From: Sphagnum compactum
Taxonomy: Eukaryota
Length of the DNA: 64,000 nucleotides
Direction: 5' to 3'
NCBI GenBank assembly: GCA_965153455.1
Contig: OZ234493.1
Location: 23,054,213 to 23,118,212 of the forward strand
Positions 50,515 through 63,533 of this stretch are shown piece by piece; position 1 is the first letter of the stretch; every line of letters starts with the position of its first letter. The translations under genes were made by a program, and so were the position numbers. The notes under the pieces were generated by a model that did no database searches, was not told where the DNA came from, and saw only the letters and a list, made by a program, of their open reading frames with translations.

Positions 50515-50731
50515 CACTACAACAAAATGTGTTCCTACAATAAAAAAAAGTGATTTCACTCAATTTTGAGTGAATTCATTGATTCGAATGAATAGGACCT
50601 AGCAAGCAAGATGCAATGAATCCACTGGTGGTACAGTGACCAAGGACTAGTGAACTGCACCCACATTTTGTAGTAGTGTTATGATACAGTGACCAAGGAC
50701 TAGTGAACTGCACCCACATTTTGTAATAGTG
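50515..50731. mobile_element. Repeat family B: CACTA-type MITE with a duplicated right end
   Basis: TIRs CACTACAACAAAATGTG / CACATTTTGTAGTAGTG (16/17); flanks TTG/TTA (imperfect 3 bp TSD). Other copies at ~1512-1656, 3884-4046, 15596-15770 and 43757-43872 share GACTAGTGAA.T.CA.CCACATTTT. Confidence 0.78.
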
Positions 50732-53100
50732 TTATGATTTTTTTCAAAAGCCTGAAACCTTCAGAGGTTGTAACAAAACCTAAAAGAACCACCCAGCAAT
50801 GGTGCAAGACCAAATTTGACCTCACTGACTTTGTCAACTTTTAGCTTGAGAGAGATGAAAGAAGGAAAGAAAAAAACAAGGAAGATTCTTTTGCTATTGC
50901 ACCAAAACATTTGCACCAAACACATTTAATTCTCTAGTAGGTATCTAATTACTACTGCATCTGCAGTTTCTGGGGAGAAGGACTGAAATACAGAAAGGGC
51001 AAAGTGGGGGTGGTCAAAAAGGACAATGCAACAATAAATTTCTGTATATATAACAACATTATTATAAAAAAAAACCTTACCTAATAAAATTTAATTACAC
51101 TCAAGTTATTTATTAATGTTTTTTGATACATGGCAAAATAAAGAGTTTTTTAATTCAGATGCTTATTATTAATAATTAATGCAGGTAGGCTACACCCATC
51201 TCTAGTATCCAAATTATTTTGCAATTCAATTAATTCAAAAGCCAAAAAATATACATAGCAATTTTGTAAGTTTGCATTTACACCTATTTTTTATTGTTAA
51301 TATCTGAACTAGGATCTGACCTGGGGCTTTAATAGCATCTAATAACTGGGCAGAATTTTTGGTTGAAAAAAAGTTGTGTCCTTTTCACATTCCTTTGTGG
51401 GTTCCTTCATTTGTGTTGTAATTTATTTTTTTATTGAAATAAAAAGTTGGGCAACATAATTAATTTATTTGGTTATTTGCAACCAAAGGAAAAAGGAATT
51501 ACTATGAGAATTGAACAAGGATTGTATATAGCAAAAATAAATTAAAATCCATTTGTATTAAGATAAAAACTCCCATTAAAAGTACGAGATGGATTACATA
51601 TTTGGAATTAAAATCTCACATTTGAAAGTCATATAATTACTATTCTAAACTTTTTTAAAATATATTTACAAACTTCAATTAAAGGGATGGAAGTGAGTGA
51701 ATGAATAAGGAGAAGTTTTTTTTTCCAACAATTTTTTTTCATTTCTTCCAACCAAAAAAAAAAAAAAGGAAAATGTTGGAGTTTCTTAATTCGAAAAAAA
51801 TGCTAAATATTTTGAAAAATTCTGCCAATTATTTCAAATTATAGAATTTAATTTTGTTTATAGGAAAGAAAAAAAAAACCCTGATAAGGGGGAAAGAAAT
51901 AGTAGTCTACATAGTATAAAATGAGAGTTTTGGACTCCAAATTAAGTCAATGGGGGAAAAAGGCAAACAAAACCCAAAAATAAAGGCCCTATATATATAT
52001 ATATATATATATGTTGCAAACTGAGTGAAAAAAAGTATTAAAAACTTCAATAAAATTGTGAGTAAAATAGTGAATGCAATGCAGATTAATATTAATTACC
52101 CAAACTTGATAAACAAAAAGAGAATACTAATTTGATATTAATTTGCAACAACAGAAGGAAAAAGAGAAGGAAGAAATTAAGTAATTAAAGAAAAGGAGGA
52201 GGTAACAAACAATACCTAGTTAAAGATGAGAGAGTTCTGGATTCCAATTTAAGTCAGTGGGAGAAGAAGCCCCAACAAGTGCCAAAAAAAGCCCCAAATT
52301 CTTTTGTTTTGGTTTTTTGCTACTACACTAGTGCAAGCAAGCAAACAAGCAAGCAAGCACCAGCTCCCTCTGTCTTCTCTGTTGCTGCAGCTTCTCCTCC
52401 TCCTCCTCCTCCTCCTCCTGGTGCTGCTGCTGCTCCTGGTCCTGTGCTCCTTGTTTGTTTCTTTGTTTGTTTGGTTTTTCAGTTGCAAACATTCTGATGT
52501 GGGTGCTGGCAGCTTTGCTTTAGTCTGCTTTCAGATCAGTTTCTTTGTTGCACATCTGACTACTATTGATGATGATGTTGATGAAGAAGAAGAAGAAGAG
52601 AGAAAGAAGATGAAAAGAAGGACTAGCTCCATCTCTGAGTACTGATGATGCACTAAATCACGATGATGATGATGATGATGAAGGAGGAATGGGGAAGAAG
52701 AAGCTACATGATGAGGAGGAGGAGTAGCTGCATCTGACTTATGATGATGCTGATGATGGAGAATAAAGGAAGTCTAAGAAGATGAGAAGGAGTAGTATAT
52801 AGCTGCATCTGACTGACTGATGATGGTGATGAAGAAAGGAAGAAAATGAGAAGGAGTAGAAGAAGGAGGAGGAGGAGGAGTTGGTAATGGTGGTGGTGGA
52901 GCTGCTGCTGCTATGGATGCTGCTATAATGGCTGAATAACTTTGTTTGTTAATTTGGTGCATAGACAATGAGAGCGTGAAGTAAGTACATGTGTATCGCA
53001 ATTTGAAGCTGCAGCACATGGTAATCGTGTAAGAATCTTGAAGAAGAGGAGGAGGAGGAGAAGGGCGACGAGAAGAGAGAGAGAGAGAGAGAGATTGAAG

Positions 53101-55866
53101 ATGCAATCTCCGGGGCAGTATGGAGTGAATGAGGTCCCACAGTTTCTGTTGGGCATGAGGCAGCATCCTCCTGGACCTCATCAGCTTTTCTCGCTCTCTC
53201 ATGACTCTTCTCTCTCGCCTTCCTCGGCTCACAGCCACCCCAGTCACCAGCAGCAACACATTTACTATCATCATCATCAACAACAACAACTGCAACTACA
53301 ACAACAAAAAGAACAACAACAACAACAGCACCAGCACCAGCTTCACGCTTCGCATTCCCCGCATCAGCAACAACACCAACATGCGCAGCACCAACAACAT
53401 CAACAACAACTGCAGCAGCAGCAGCAGCAAATGGTTCAGCAGCTAGGTTTGGGAGGAGGAGGAGGAGGACCAGTGCCAGACTCTCCGGAAGCAGCAACAG
53501 CAGGAGCTCCGTCGCCTGGTCCCGTGGCAACCAGACCTCTAGCAGCTAGTTTCAGCAAACAGCTGACTCGTGCAGCAGCAGGAGCAGTGTCAGCGAGAGA
53601 CTTGGTGCTAGGCCATGAACCTGCGCCGCTGCTGCATATAACAACAACAGCAACTGACGTCGTTGACGACGACGATGATGATGATCCAGCACTACTAGGC
53701 ACTGAACTTGCTGCAGCAGCAGCAGGAGGAGACGACGGCGGAGGAAGGAGCACGCCGCCGCTTGGAGACGGATCATCAGCTGCAGCAGGGAACCGGTGGC
53801 CTCGACAAGAGACTCTTGTCCTCATCAAGATCAGATCCAAAATGGACGCCAGCTTTCGAGATTCTGGACTCAAAGGTCCTCTCTGGGAAGAAGTGGCTCG
53901 GTAAAGAACCTCTTCTTCTTCCTGCAGCTCTTGCGAAAAGAAAAAAAAAGCTGCATTATTGGCAGTGTTGCAGATGAGCCCGAGGAGCTTCTTCTTCTTC
54001 TTCTTCTTCTTCGTCCTGTCTGAGCTCTCCGGAAGTTCACGAGTCTAATGGGTTCTTTTACAACTGACCACAGCTTTTGTTGTTGTGGGACATGACTGCG
54101 TTTTTTGTTGCAGGCGGCTTGCAGAGTTTGGGTACAATCGGAGTGCAAAGAAATGCAAGGAGAAGTTCGAGAACATTCACAAGTACTACAAGAAAACCAA
54201 GAGTGGTCAGGCAGGGAGACGACAAGATGGGAAGAACTATCGCTTCTTCAGCGAGTTGGATGCTCTTTACGGTGGTGATCATCATCAGCATCGCAACAAA
54301 GCAGTTGATCATCATCATCATCATCATCATGCAGGAGCTGCTGCAGCAATTCTTCAGTCTACGCAATCAGCAGGAGGAGGATCAGGCCTGCAGCAGGCCG
54401 CGGCGATAGCTGATCATGCAGTGGGTCTGTTCAGAGCTGCAGTAGAGAATCATGCAACCTCGACTGCTGCTGCTGCAGCTGATTCGGATTCTTCCGAAGA
54501 TAATTATGATCATGGACCTCAGCTGGGAAGAGAATCTGACCTTCTTGATGATGATGATGATGATGATGGTGTCGGTGGTGGTGGTGATGCTCAGAGGAGC
54601 AAGAAAAGGAAGCTCATGATGCGCCAGCAGCAGCAGCAGCAGCAGCAGAGTGCAGGAGGCGTGGGACGACCCCACCGCAGCAACAACAGCATCTCTAGAA
54701 AGGTTTTGTTCTTTGAGTCATTGATGAAGAAGCTGATGGATAAGCAAGATGCAATGCAACGCAAGTTTCTGGAATCCATAGAACGCCGGGAGCAGGAAAG
54801 GTTGGTGCGAGAAGAGGCTTGGAAGAGACAAGAGATGGCACATTTGGCCCGGGATCATGAACTTCGCATCCAGCAACACAATCTTGCAGTCAGTCGAGAT
54901 GCTGCACTTGTTGCAGCTCTGCAGAAGGTGACAGGACATACTTTGCAGCTTCCACAGTTGCCTCCTCCTCCACCTCCTCCTCCTGCTCTTCCTCTTTCTC
55001 CTCTTGCTCCTCCTCCTCCTCTTCCTCCTTCTCCATTCCAAGCTATACCCAACACCCATGTGCCCCAACCAAGTCTGGCTCATCAAACCCAACATCAGAA
55101 ACAGCAACAACAGCAGCTCCACCAAGAGGATGAACCTGAGAATTTAGATCATCATGGGTCCTCTTTTGATCTGCACAGCAGCAAAAGGTGGCCAACACCT
55201 GAAGTGCATGCTCTGATCCGTTTGCGGAGTAGCATGGAGCCAAGGTTCCAAGAAACAGGGCCCAAGGGGCCCTTGTGGGAAGAGATCAGCACAGGGATGT
55301 CATGTCTGGGATACATCCGCAATGCCAAAAGGTGCAAGGAGAAGTGGGAGAATGTGAACAAGTACTTCAGGAAGATCAAAGAGAGTAGCAAGAAACGACC
55401 TGAGAATTCCAAAACATGTCCCTACTTCCACCAACTTGACACTCTTTACCACAATGGTACTCTTGGAACCTCCTCACCCAGCATGAGCAAGCAGCAACCT
55501 GGAAGCAAGCAGGTTGATGATGAGCAGCAGCAGTCTCAGGGAGATCACCATCTGCTGCAGCAGCTGCCTGATAATCATCATCAGCAACATGATGGTGGAG
55601 ACAACTGCAGGAAAGATGATGATGATGATGATGATGACGAAGATGATCCCACTGGTGGGCTTGTTGTACACAGGGAGGCTGGAATCATTGTTGGGATGCA
55701 GCAGCAGCAGCAGCAGCTTCCAGCTGCTGAAGATGGTGTGGCCATAGCTGGAGGACCCCCTGGTTCCACTAGTAATGGCACTACAGCTATCCATTTCTTC
55801 TCCAACACGGAGAATGGAAGCAATGGTGGCACTGACCATGGAGGTGTCATTAAGGTGAAGCTCTGA
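53101..55866 (+). CDS. Trihelix transcription factor, GT-2 clade (two trihelix domains, central coiled coil); 2 exons, ~850 aa
   Basis: Exon 1 53101-53900, GT..AG intron 53901-54113, exon 2 54114-55866 (TGA); phases join as EEVAR|RLAEFGY. Domain 1: RWPRQETLVLIKIRSKMD..KGPLWEEVARRLAEFGYNRSAKKCKEKFENIHKYYKKTK..YRFFSELDAL. Coiled coil: QDAMQRKFLESIERREQERLVREEAWKRQE. Domain 2: RWPTPEVHALIRLR..KGPLWEEIS..RNAKRCKEKWENVNKYF..CPYFHQLD. Confidence 0.96.
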
Positions 55867-57531
55867 TGCCTGCAGATGATTCTTAGCTGGGTTTTTGCTC
55901 ATGTGTTTGTTTCACAGAAAGTCTTAACAGTTGCAAGTACTACATCTTTCCCACCTCCCTGTTCAACCTAAATTTGCTGGAACATTTTTTCAGGGAATGG
56001 CAACAAATCGATGAAAGCTTGTTGATGACTGATGAACCTTGATCATGGCTGACAGCAGCAGCAATAGCATCAATTGAAGCTTTGTTTTCATGGCCCTGAG
56101 GTTTGAAATTTGGAAGCAGCAATATGAATCTGAGTGAAAGGGAAGCAGCTCAGCTTATTCAATTCAAACAATGAATCTCTGGTGATGCTCCTCTCTAGAC
56201 TAGACTGTCTGTGGCATTGAGATCACAACTCTTGAAGCTTGACCCATACTGCAGCCTATGGGTGTTTTGTGCAAGCTTCAGAGAAGAGGAGCTCTTGGAT
56301 TTTTCCCATGTCAAACAGGTTTCATGAATAAACAGTGCTTGCAAGTGTGTGCAAGTCTGCACCTTTCCTAGATACCAAATAGGTGAAAAAACCCAGAACA
56401 AGATTTAGATAGAGAGTTTTATGAGCAAGCTAGGCTCAGGATTCAGGTCACTAGTAGAGACTCACAGGTGTATATGATTTACAAAACATGAGAAATCTAG
56501 AAATGCTCAAGGTGCTTCAGTGAGAGAGATCATGAGCACACTTCATAAGGCTTGAGATCAGTGAGAGCTTCAGCAGCACACGTTTGGTTTTCTAGATTTC
56601 TTCCTGTTGAGACCTGACCATTACATTTGTAGATGTTCAAATACTTGTACATGTCAGGAAACTGCTTGCTTCAGTTCAACTATTTTCTGTCTGGAGAGTC
56701 ACTCTGCTCTTCTAAATGTTGTCAAGAGAGTAGAACTTTGAAGAAGGATTCAGGAGCTGCTTTGGACAAACTGTGTGGATGCATTCATTAGTCCATTTTT
56801 CAGCAATGGAGGAGTTTCTGTTTTACTAATGCGCTAGCTTGCATTGAACTGCAATTGGGTTGCAGCCCGGTTTTTTCTTTCTTTTGCACTGGGTGTTATA
56901 TACACTTCAAGCAGGTCTTTTGGGGAACATGGATTGAGTCAATAATTTCCAGTTCCACAAGAGCAGACATTTGAGTTTGTAATCCAATAATCAGGACTTG
57001 CAATGCTCAGCAATGTGGTGAAATCCTCAGCTGCGTCCTGTTTTCTGTGTATCACTGTTCACAAAGAGTGGTACCCCAGTGTATGTTTCTGTTTGGTGGC
57101 TTTTACAATCGCAAGTACATTGCGTGCCTTTGCTGATTTCCTTGTCCTTCTGTGACAAGATGGTCTAAGTTAGTGTGGACATAGTAAATTAAGCTTTGAG
57201 TTCTTTGATAAACTCTGGTCTGGGGAAATTTGGTTCTCAAGTTCAAGCCTACCAGTAATTGCTCTCTTCACATGTGTTGAATTCTGAAGTTTGTTTTGTT
57301 TTGTCATCATAAAATTGCAGTTTTTTTTGGGCATTGAACTTAATCTGCATAGATTTTGGAATTTTTCGCAGGCTTGTGAGGAAGACGTCCATCAGTGTAT
57401 TGGGTTTCAGTGTAACAACCTAGTGTAAATTCCTTGCACATGTTGAGGTTCAGATGCAACTCTTTGAGGATGAATACTTGAGCAAGTGAAGCGGTTCTAG
57501 CTGGAAGTCTGGGTTTGGGCAATGACACATC

Positions 57532-57647
57532 TCTGCAGCAAAAAACTTAATCTACCTGCAGCTACCTCTCTTGAATTTGCATTAAATTGATCAAATCTCT
57601 TTGTTGATGCAGAAAAGACAATCAAACTCAGACCTACCTGAGAAAAG
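57532..57647 (+). pseudogene. Orphan degraded fragment of TPR3-like exon 2
   Basis: Starts with the same CTCTGCAG|CAA acceptor context. With small indels it reads LNL.IKLIKSL.VDAEKTIKLRPT*EK. 57619-57637 (CAATCAAACTCAGACCTAC) is identical to the reverse complement of 27170-27188. Confidence 0.72.
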
Positions 57648-59665
57648 ATGGTATACTCAAGTTTCCCATTCTTGGGTGCTAATCTCTCAGGATGGTATAC
57701 TCAAGTTTCCCATTCTTGGGTGCTAATCTTTTCGTTATCTTCTTATGTGTCTGGAGTCGATCCCCATGCTGTCAACCCCCTTTTTCTTAATCTTCTCTGT
57801 TTGCTATCTTAGCACAATTTCACTTGTTAAAAATTAATTTAAAATTCTGTTTTTAGGTACACAATCCCTAAATTTAGGCTCTATATAATGAGCTAATATC
57901 AATTAATGTCTGCTCATCATCATCATCATGGCTTATATATTCTTCTGTATACTATAGAATCAGAAAATTCTTTCTTTTGATTGGGCACCTGATGATGTTT
58001 AGTCCAACTCAGCTCATCAAGAAACAATTGTATGTCATTGCCATCTCCTTGCCAATGCACCCAAGACTTCAAGCAATGTTCCTGCTCTTCTTCTTCAGTT
58101 TGCATGCATTGAGTTTCTGATTTCACTATACAGATAACTATTATGTTTCAAATTCCATTTTTTAAGAAAACAATTCCCAAATTTTGGAAATTCTTTTTAG
58201 ACCAAATATTTGGTTGCATTTCAAAATACTATTTAATTGAATTGGGGCAATTGTTTCGCCAATTTCTACAATTTGAATAATTCTTCTACAAACATGTTGG
58301 TAATTAAATTTCATTTGAAATAGTTGTTAATGATGGTACAAAACAACCAAAAAAAAAAATCATTATGTCATCACTATCATATCCCCTACATTTATCAAAC
58401 CAAGTGAAGGTTTAAGACTATCACAAAAACATAACAACTAACAAAGGTCACACATCCACTAGTCTTCAATGAGGAGACTTTGTTATAATTAACACATCAT
58501 TTTTCGTGCATTTTTTTTAAACTATTCATCATTTTTGATAACTTCTCTTCACAATATTATCTTGTGTACATGTTACAAATGTTCACATTAACAAATGAAA
58601 ATATATTAAACAAAACATTACACCTTTATTTTAATAATGTTTTCACATGTCATTTTTAACCTTTCTATTAATGCCTTCATGGAGCTAAATATTTTTCATA
58701 TTTATAACTTATGTAATACATGAACCATCCAAGTACATCTTGTAATCAACCATGTGTAATTGATTTTATAACAATAAAATTTGGAACTACATTTCTAGCT
58801 ACATACTTATAAACCACTACTTCAACATTTTATTGTTAACTTGTGAACATATATCATTAGAACAAAAGAATGTGACATTATTAATATAATTATACATACA
58901 TCCTTAATCTAGAATAAAGCACTCAAAAGAATATTTCTAATGTATTCAAAAGACACCTTACAGTCACGAATATCCCTCCTAGAAATGAGGAAGGTTTAAG
59001 GTTTCTCCCACTCCCAAATAGCGGCATAAGATCCCTCCCATTCCTAACACTTGGCGATCTCCATATGTTAAAGACTTATGACAAGGTTCCACCCCATACT
59101 TCCATGGGTGGGGGACATTCCCCAAATGTGGGGTGAGATGTGGGGGAGACAGATATAGACCATATCCCTCATTTAGTGTCCAAAAAGATGCCATCTCTGG
59201 CAGTTTTCCAGCAATTCTAACTGCAAAGCTCAGCATGCACACAATTAAAAACCTGGCAAAGCTCTCACTTCCCGTGATGGTGGTTGTTACTAGCATCAAC
59301 CCAAAGCCTCAAAATTGATTACATATGATGATTGACTCCACCTATTCAACTTAACTTAATCATTTCACACCCTGGGATCTGATCTAGTCTTAAAAAATGA
59401 GGGTACTTGTTTTGCCAAGTTTGCTTATGAGAGATTGAAGGGAATGCAATCTAAATGCACTGTGGTGTAGCATCCATGAACTCATCGAATGAAACATGTA
59501 TTCATAACCCTACTGTATACTGAGAGAAAAGGCCTCAATTCTACATTTTCTTAAAGAGAATTGAATTCACTTCCATCACTCACGTACTTTCTGATCATAA
59601 GATGAGCTAATCTCCACAATTGCTTACTCGAAAAGAAATACATGAAGTGGACATGATTATCATTG

Positions 59666-62600
59666 TCAAAGGTCCTCAAAGAACTTTGATTTCCCTTTTG
59701 AAGGCAAGGCAGGTTGTTTCCCTTTCTTTTTACGTCTCCTTGATCCTGCACAGTTTTAAAGAGTGCAGTAGTCAATTGATTAAACTACTATTGAAACTAA
59801 CCTTTACATCAAATTCCTTGCAGCCAATAAACTCACTGGTGTCAGGTACCTGTCTTACAAAGCAGGTGGACCAGAACCAGGCCACCACTTGCTGTTTTTG
59901 CTGAAAAAGCAGCAAAGATTCTTGACATAGACATACCTTCAGCTTCCATTTCATCGTCGCTGTCATCACCACTTATGATGGTGCTGTCAGTTTGGCCATT
60001 GCCTTGGGAACCATTATTTTCACCAAGGGATGCCTGTTGTTTAACGCCCTCACTAACTTCATCATCACCTTCTTGCAAGTACTTCACATCCCACAGCTGC
60101 ACCCACCCAATGATCAGCAAATCTGCAGTACATCTACACCAGTGTGGCATCATCTGGCACAAAACCAGCAGCATGACAGGACATAATTATTCCTCGATTC
60201 TCATGAAATAACCTGGTGCAAACACGAACCTTGACTGTATTGTCATGTGAAGCACTACCCAGGGTTGTCCTGTCATGAGAAAAGGCTGCAGAGACAACAG
60301 AAGACCTATAAACACACTTGTGAGCTGGTGTGGGTTTTACAGAAAGCATACATTGCCATAGGAGACAGGCAATCAAGCAGTACAGCATAAAACCAGTTGA
60401 ATCAAAAAGGATAAAAGAGCACATGTAAATTGCAAAAACCATACCAAGGCGCTCGATAGGGTATTCAGCATGCTCTCCTATCACCCCTATCATTTTATTG
60501 GGAAGAATGGTTACCACCCTGCCTACCCCAATGATGACCAGAACCATAGTTATCATAGTAGAACAGAAAAGCAATGTGAAGCATACTGTCAGTCTCTTGC
60601 ATGTTCAATGACCATGAACAGCAACATGTACAGAAGTGACTGACATAATTTTCCAAGAGACTTCACTACCTACTGAACAATCAGAATGGTGAACCAATCA
60701 GTTTTCTGTGTGTGGAAGGCCAGAAGTGAGATGCAGCCTAGAAAGCTGCTAAGTAGATTCATACCGAATGATGCCATCCATTGATCCTGTAAGGAGTGTG
60801 TCTTCATCTACCTGTTCCAAGAAGAAACAAACACTTCTGTAACTCTCATTTGTACACCTAACATATAGGAAACAAAAATTTTGGAAAGATACGAGGTTCC
60901 TTTACCTTTAACAAAGCATCAACAGAGTGTGGATGCCCAATAAAACGGTCACTGCACAAACTTGGCACAATATATTAAGATCATGTAGAATTGCAACTGC
61001 TAGATGGTGAGCGGGCATAGGCCCTTGTCTCAATGGCAGAGCAAACCAGCAGCAAAGACCACTTAGAGCCCATGAACTCCAAACTTCATGGTCCACCCAG
61101 AAGTTTAACATCTTCTTTTTCTGATGATGCTACGTCAACAGTCCAAAATCCCACCAAATAGTTCCTTTCCAAATCTGCTGACATTATAACCATTTAACCA
61201 GCAGTTAATACACAGGTAAAAGTTCAGACCTGCAGTCAAGCATATGGCCCCAGGAGTAGAGCAGTAGCACACCATCCTGTGATCCACAAACTACTTTGCG
61301 CCCATCCTGGATAACACATACAGTATCATCAAGCAGGACTTCACAAGCAGACATTACACACAAGATCTCCCTTTACAGGTCCATGCCAAGCTGAGTTGAG
61401 GCTGATTTCCACAAACAAATGGTTCCAAATGTGCAGTTCTAGCAATGATATCTACTCAGAGTACCATCCAGTGTCCTACAAGTATTTGTTCAAACCTGAC
61501 ACAACAGTGAGACTTGCAATAAGGCTACACAACAATTCCCTGCAGTATTTTTGGATTTATCAGTTCTACAGTTGCTGTCATAGGGATGCAGGTGTAAACC
61601 AGATGTAAGATAGGGTGGGTTCAACAGGAAAACCTTGCACATCACCACTGACAAAAGTTCATCCTCTGCAAACTGTGACTTCCCATCCACCTGCATCTCT
61701 CCAGGAAAAGATCAAAAGGTTTGGTGAATCAATGTGACTCGGATTGCCCTCAATAAAGTAACACAATTAAAAAAAATCACAATCAGTTGGCCCTGGTCAG
61801 GAGGGTACCCTGTTCCGACGTAGATTGCATATAGAAAGTGTGCCATCACCACTGGCACAAGACACAACAATACAGAGTCAGCATATCAACTAGTTTCAAT
61901 GTCCATCTTCTTTGCATATGACATAATAGTCCCACAAGGTGTACACAAACCTCAAACAGCTCACTCATAGAAAGAACGGTGAAGCACCAGAAACAACCTG
62001 GCACCCAGGAGTTGCATGCTATCTGGCACAAACTCCATGTCTGCAACAAAGTCATCATGTGCTTTAAAGCTGCTGCAGCATACATTTTGTCGTGTGTCCC
62101 ACACCTGTTAAGTTTCCAACACCCATGATTATCTGGCCAGAAACACTCCCCCAGCAACAGAAATTTGATTGCAATCATTCTCTTGTCATGTGTCCAACAC
62201 CTGTTATGTTTCCAACCCCTGTGATTACTTGACCAGAAATAGTTGGGTAGCAATGGAAACTCAACTGGAATTATCCTCTCAGCAACAATTACTATTCTGT
62301 GCAGGAAGATCTTCCCATAAGGATTAAGAAATTCATTCAGAACTTCTCCAATCTTATGAGTTAAATCAACCTGAATAGAAACAAGAGATGACATAATAAA
62401 AATGACTTAACAACAGGGAAAAGAGGAACATCAACCGAAGTATAAGAGTGTGATACGAGACTGACATACAAAGGATTACTAATTCTACCATTGTAAGTGG
62501 CAATGACAATTTCTGGAATTATCAGTTGCATACATACCTTGATAGTGCCTTCATCATCACCAGATGCAATGGACCAGTCTGTGGCATTGATAATACGATT

Positions 62601-63533
62601 GATTGCCACCCTTCACACACAACCGTATCTTGCAAATAAGGTTATGGAATACCTAGAACATCAACAAAGTTTGCAACAAAACAAGAGAAACTAAATCCAG
62701 TTTCTGTTGGGGTACAGAAGGCTATCATATTACATTCTCAAGAGAGTTCTGGAATGATCCTGAAAGACAAACACATTATGTAACATACCCATGTGCACCA
62801 GTAAGACGAGCCACTGCTTGACCAGTCTCAACATCAGTGGCAACTATGGAGCAATCTGGTGAACCTGTCAGAAGCACTACAAGAAAGAGAAACAGGTAGT
62901 GAAAGTAAGCAAGTCTCCAATTGTGACAGGCAGGCAGCAAGTTCACAAGAAAGAATATTCAATTCATGTGCACTACGATGATGCAATGGTAGAGGGGGAC
63001 AAACGTACATCGGCCATCACCAGTAAATCGCACAGCACGACAGGATTCACTGTGTGCACTCACATTCCATTTCCTGCCGCAATACCCAATTTTACATAGC
63101 CGTGCCATAAAGAAAATACAAGCTCACTAAGCTGCTTCTTGACCATCATGTGGGAGGATAAAAAAACGAAACTCACCTTTCAGGCTGCCGTCCATCTCCA
63201 TATTCGTAGCTGCATGAGAACACAAGCCTCCTCTCAATCAAACCATATATCTTTCCTCACGGTTTGCAATGCTTGCAGCCACAAGTGATTCCATCAACGA
63301 CAGTGAAAATTCCACGATCACTGCTAAACACTCAAGGACTTAAAGAGGTTGTAAGCAGCGTCGAGGTTTGGAGCAAAACACTTTCCTTTCCGCTTATAGG
63401 TTGCAAGAGAGAGCAAAACTCACAGGTGGAGGCGGCCAGTAATGAGGCTGACAGCGACAAGCGAAGCCGAAGGATGGAATGCGAGATCGAAGGGTTGTGT
63501 GCCCACGTCTATGTCCACTACGGCCTCCCCCAT
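59666..63533 (-). CDS. WDR55: WD40-repeat protein 55; 15 exons, ~371 aa
   Basis: Hand-spliced exons, all GT-AG with consistent phases, total 1116 nt: 63533-63424, 63209-63177, 63073-63009, 62876-62789, 62610-62538, 62104-61998, 61851-61809, 61690-61634, 61306-61230, 60951-60906, 60811-60765, 60518-60445, 60285-60230, 60096-59937, 59745-59666. Motifs FDLAFHPS, AHSESCRAVRF, IASGDDEGTIKVWDTRQ, SGDGTLS, EDELLSV, LLYSWG, GEHAEYPIERL, SASHDNTVKLWD; acidic then basic tail ending FFEDL*. Confidence 0.94.

Noticed and set aside
54085..54113. Start of the 593 aa ORF (MGHDCVFCC) and the TTG start at 53038
   Set aside because: The first lies in the intron's 3' end; the second is an (AG)n leader. The ATG at 53101 plus splicing restores the full domain.
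52774..55902. Many long antisense and alternative-frame ORFs over the trihelix gene
   Set aside because: By-products of trinucleotide repeats and codon structure; no domain content.
61846..62394. 182 aa minus-strand ORF
   Set aside because: Spans WDR55 introns and exon 6 out of frame; its internal repeat reflects the acceptor duplication.
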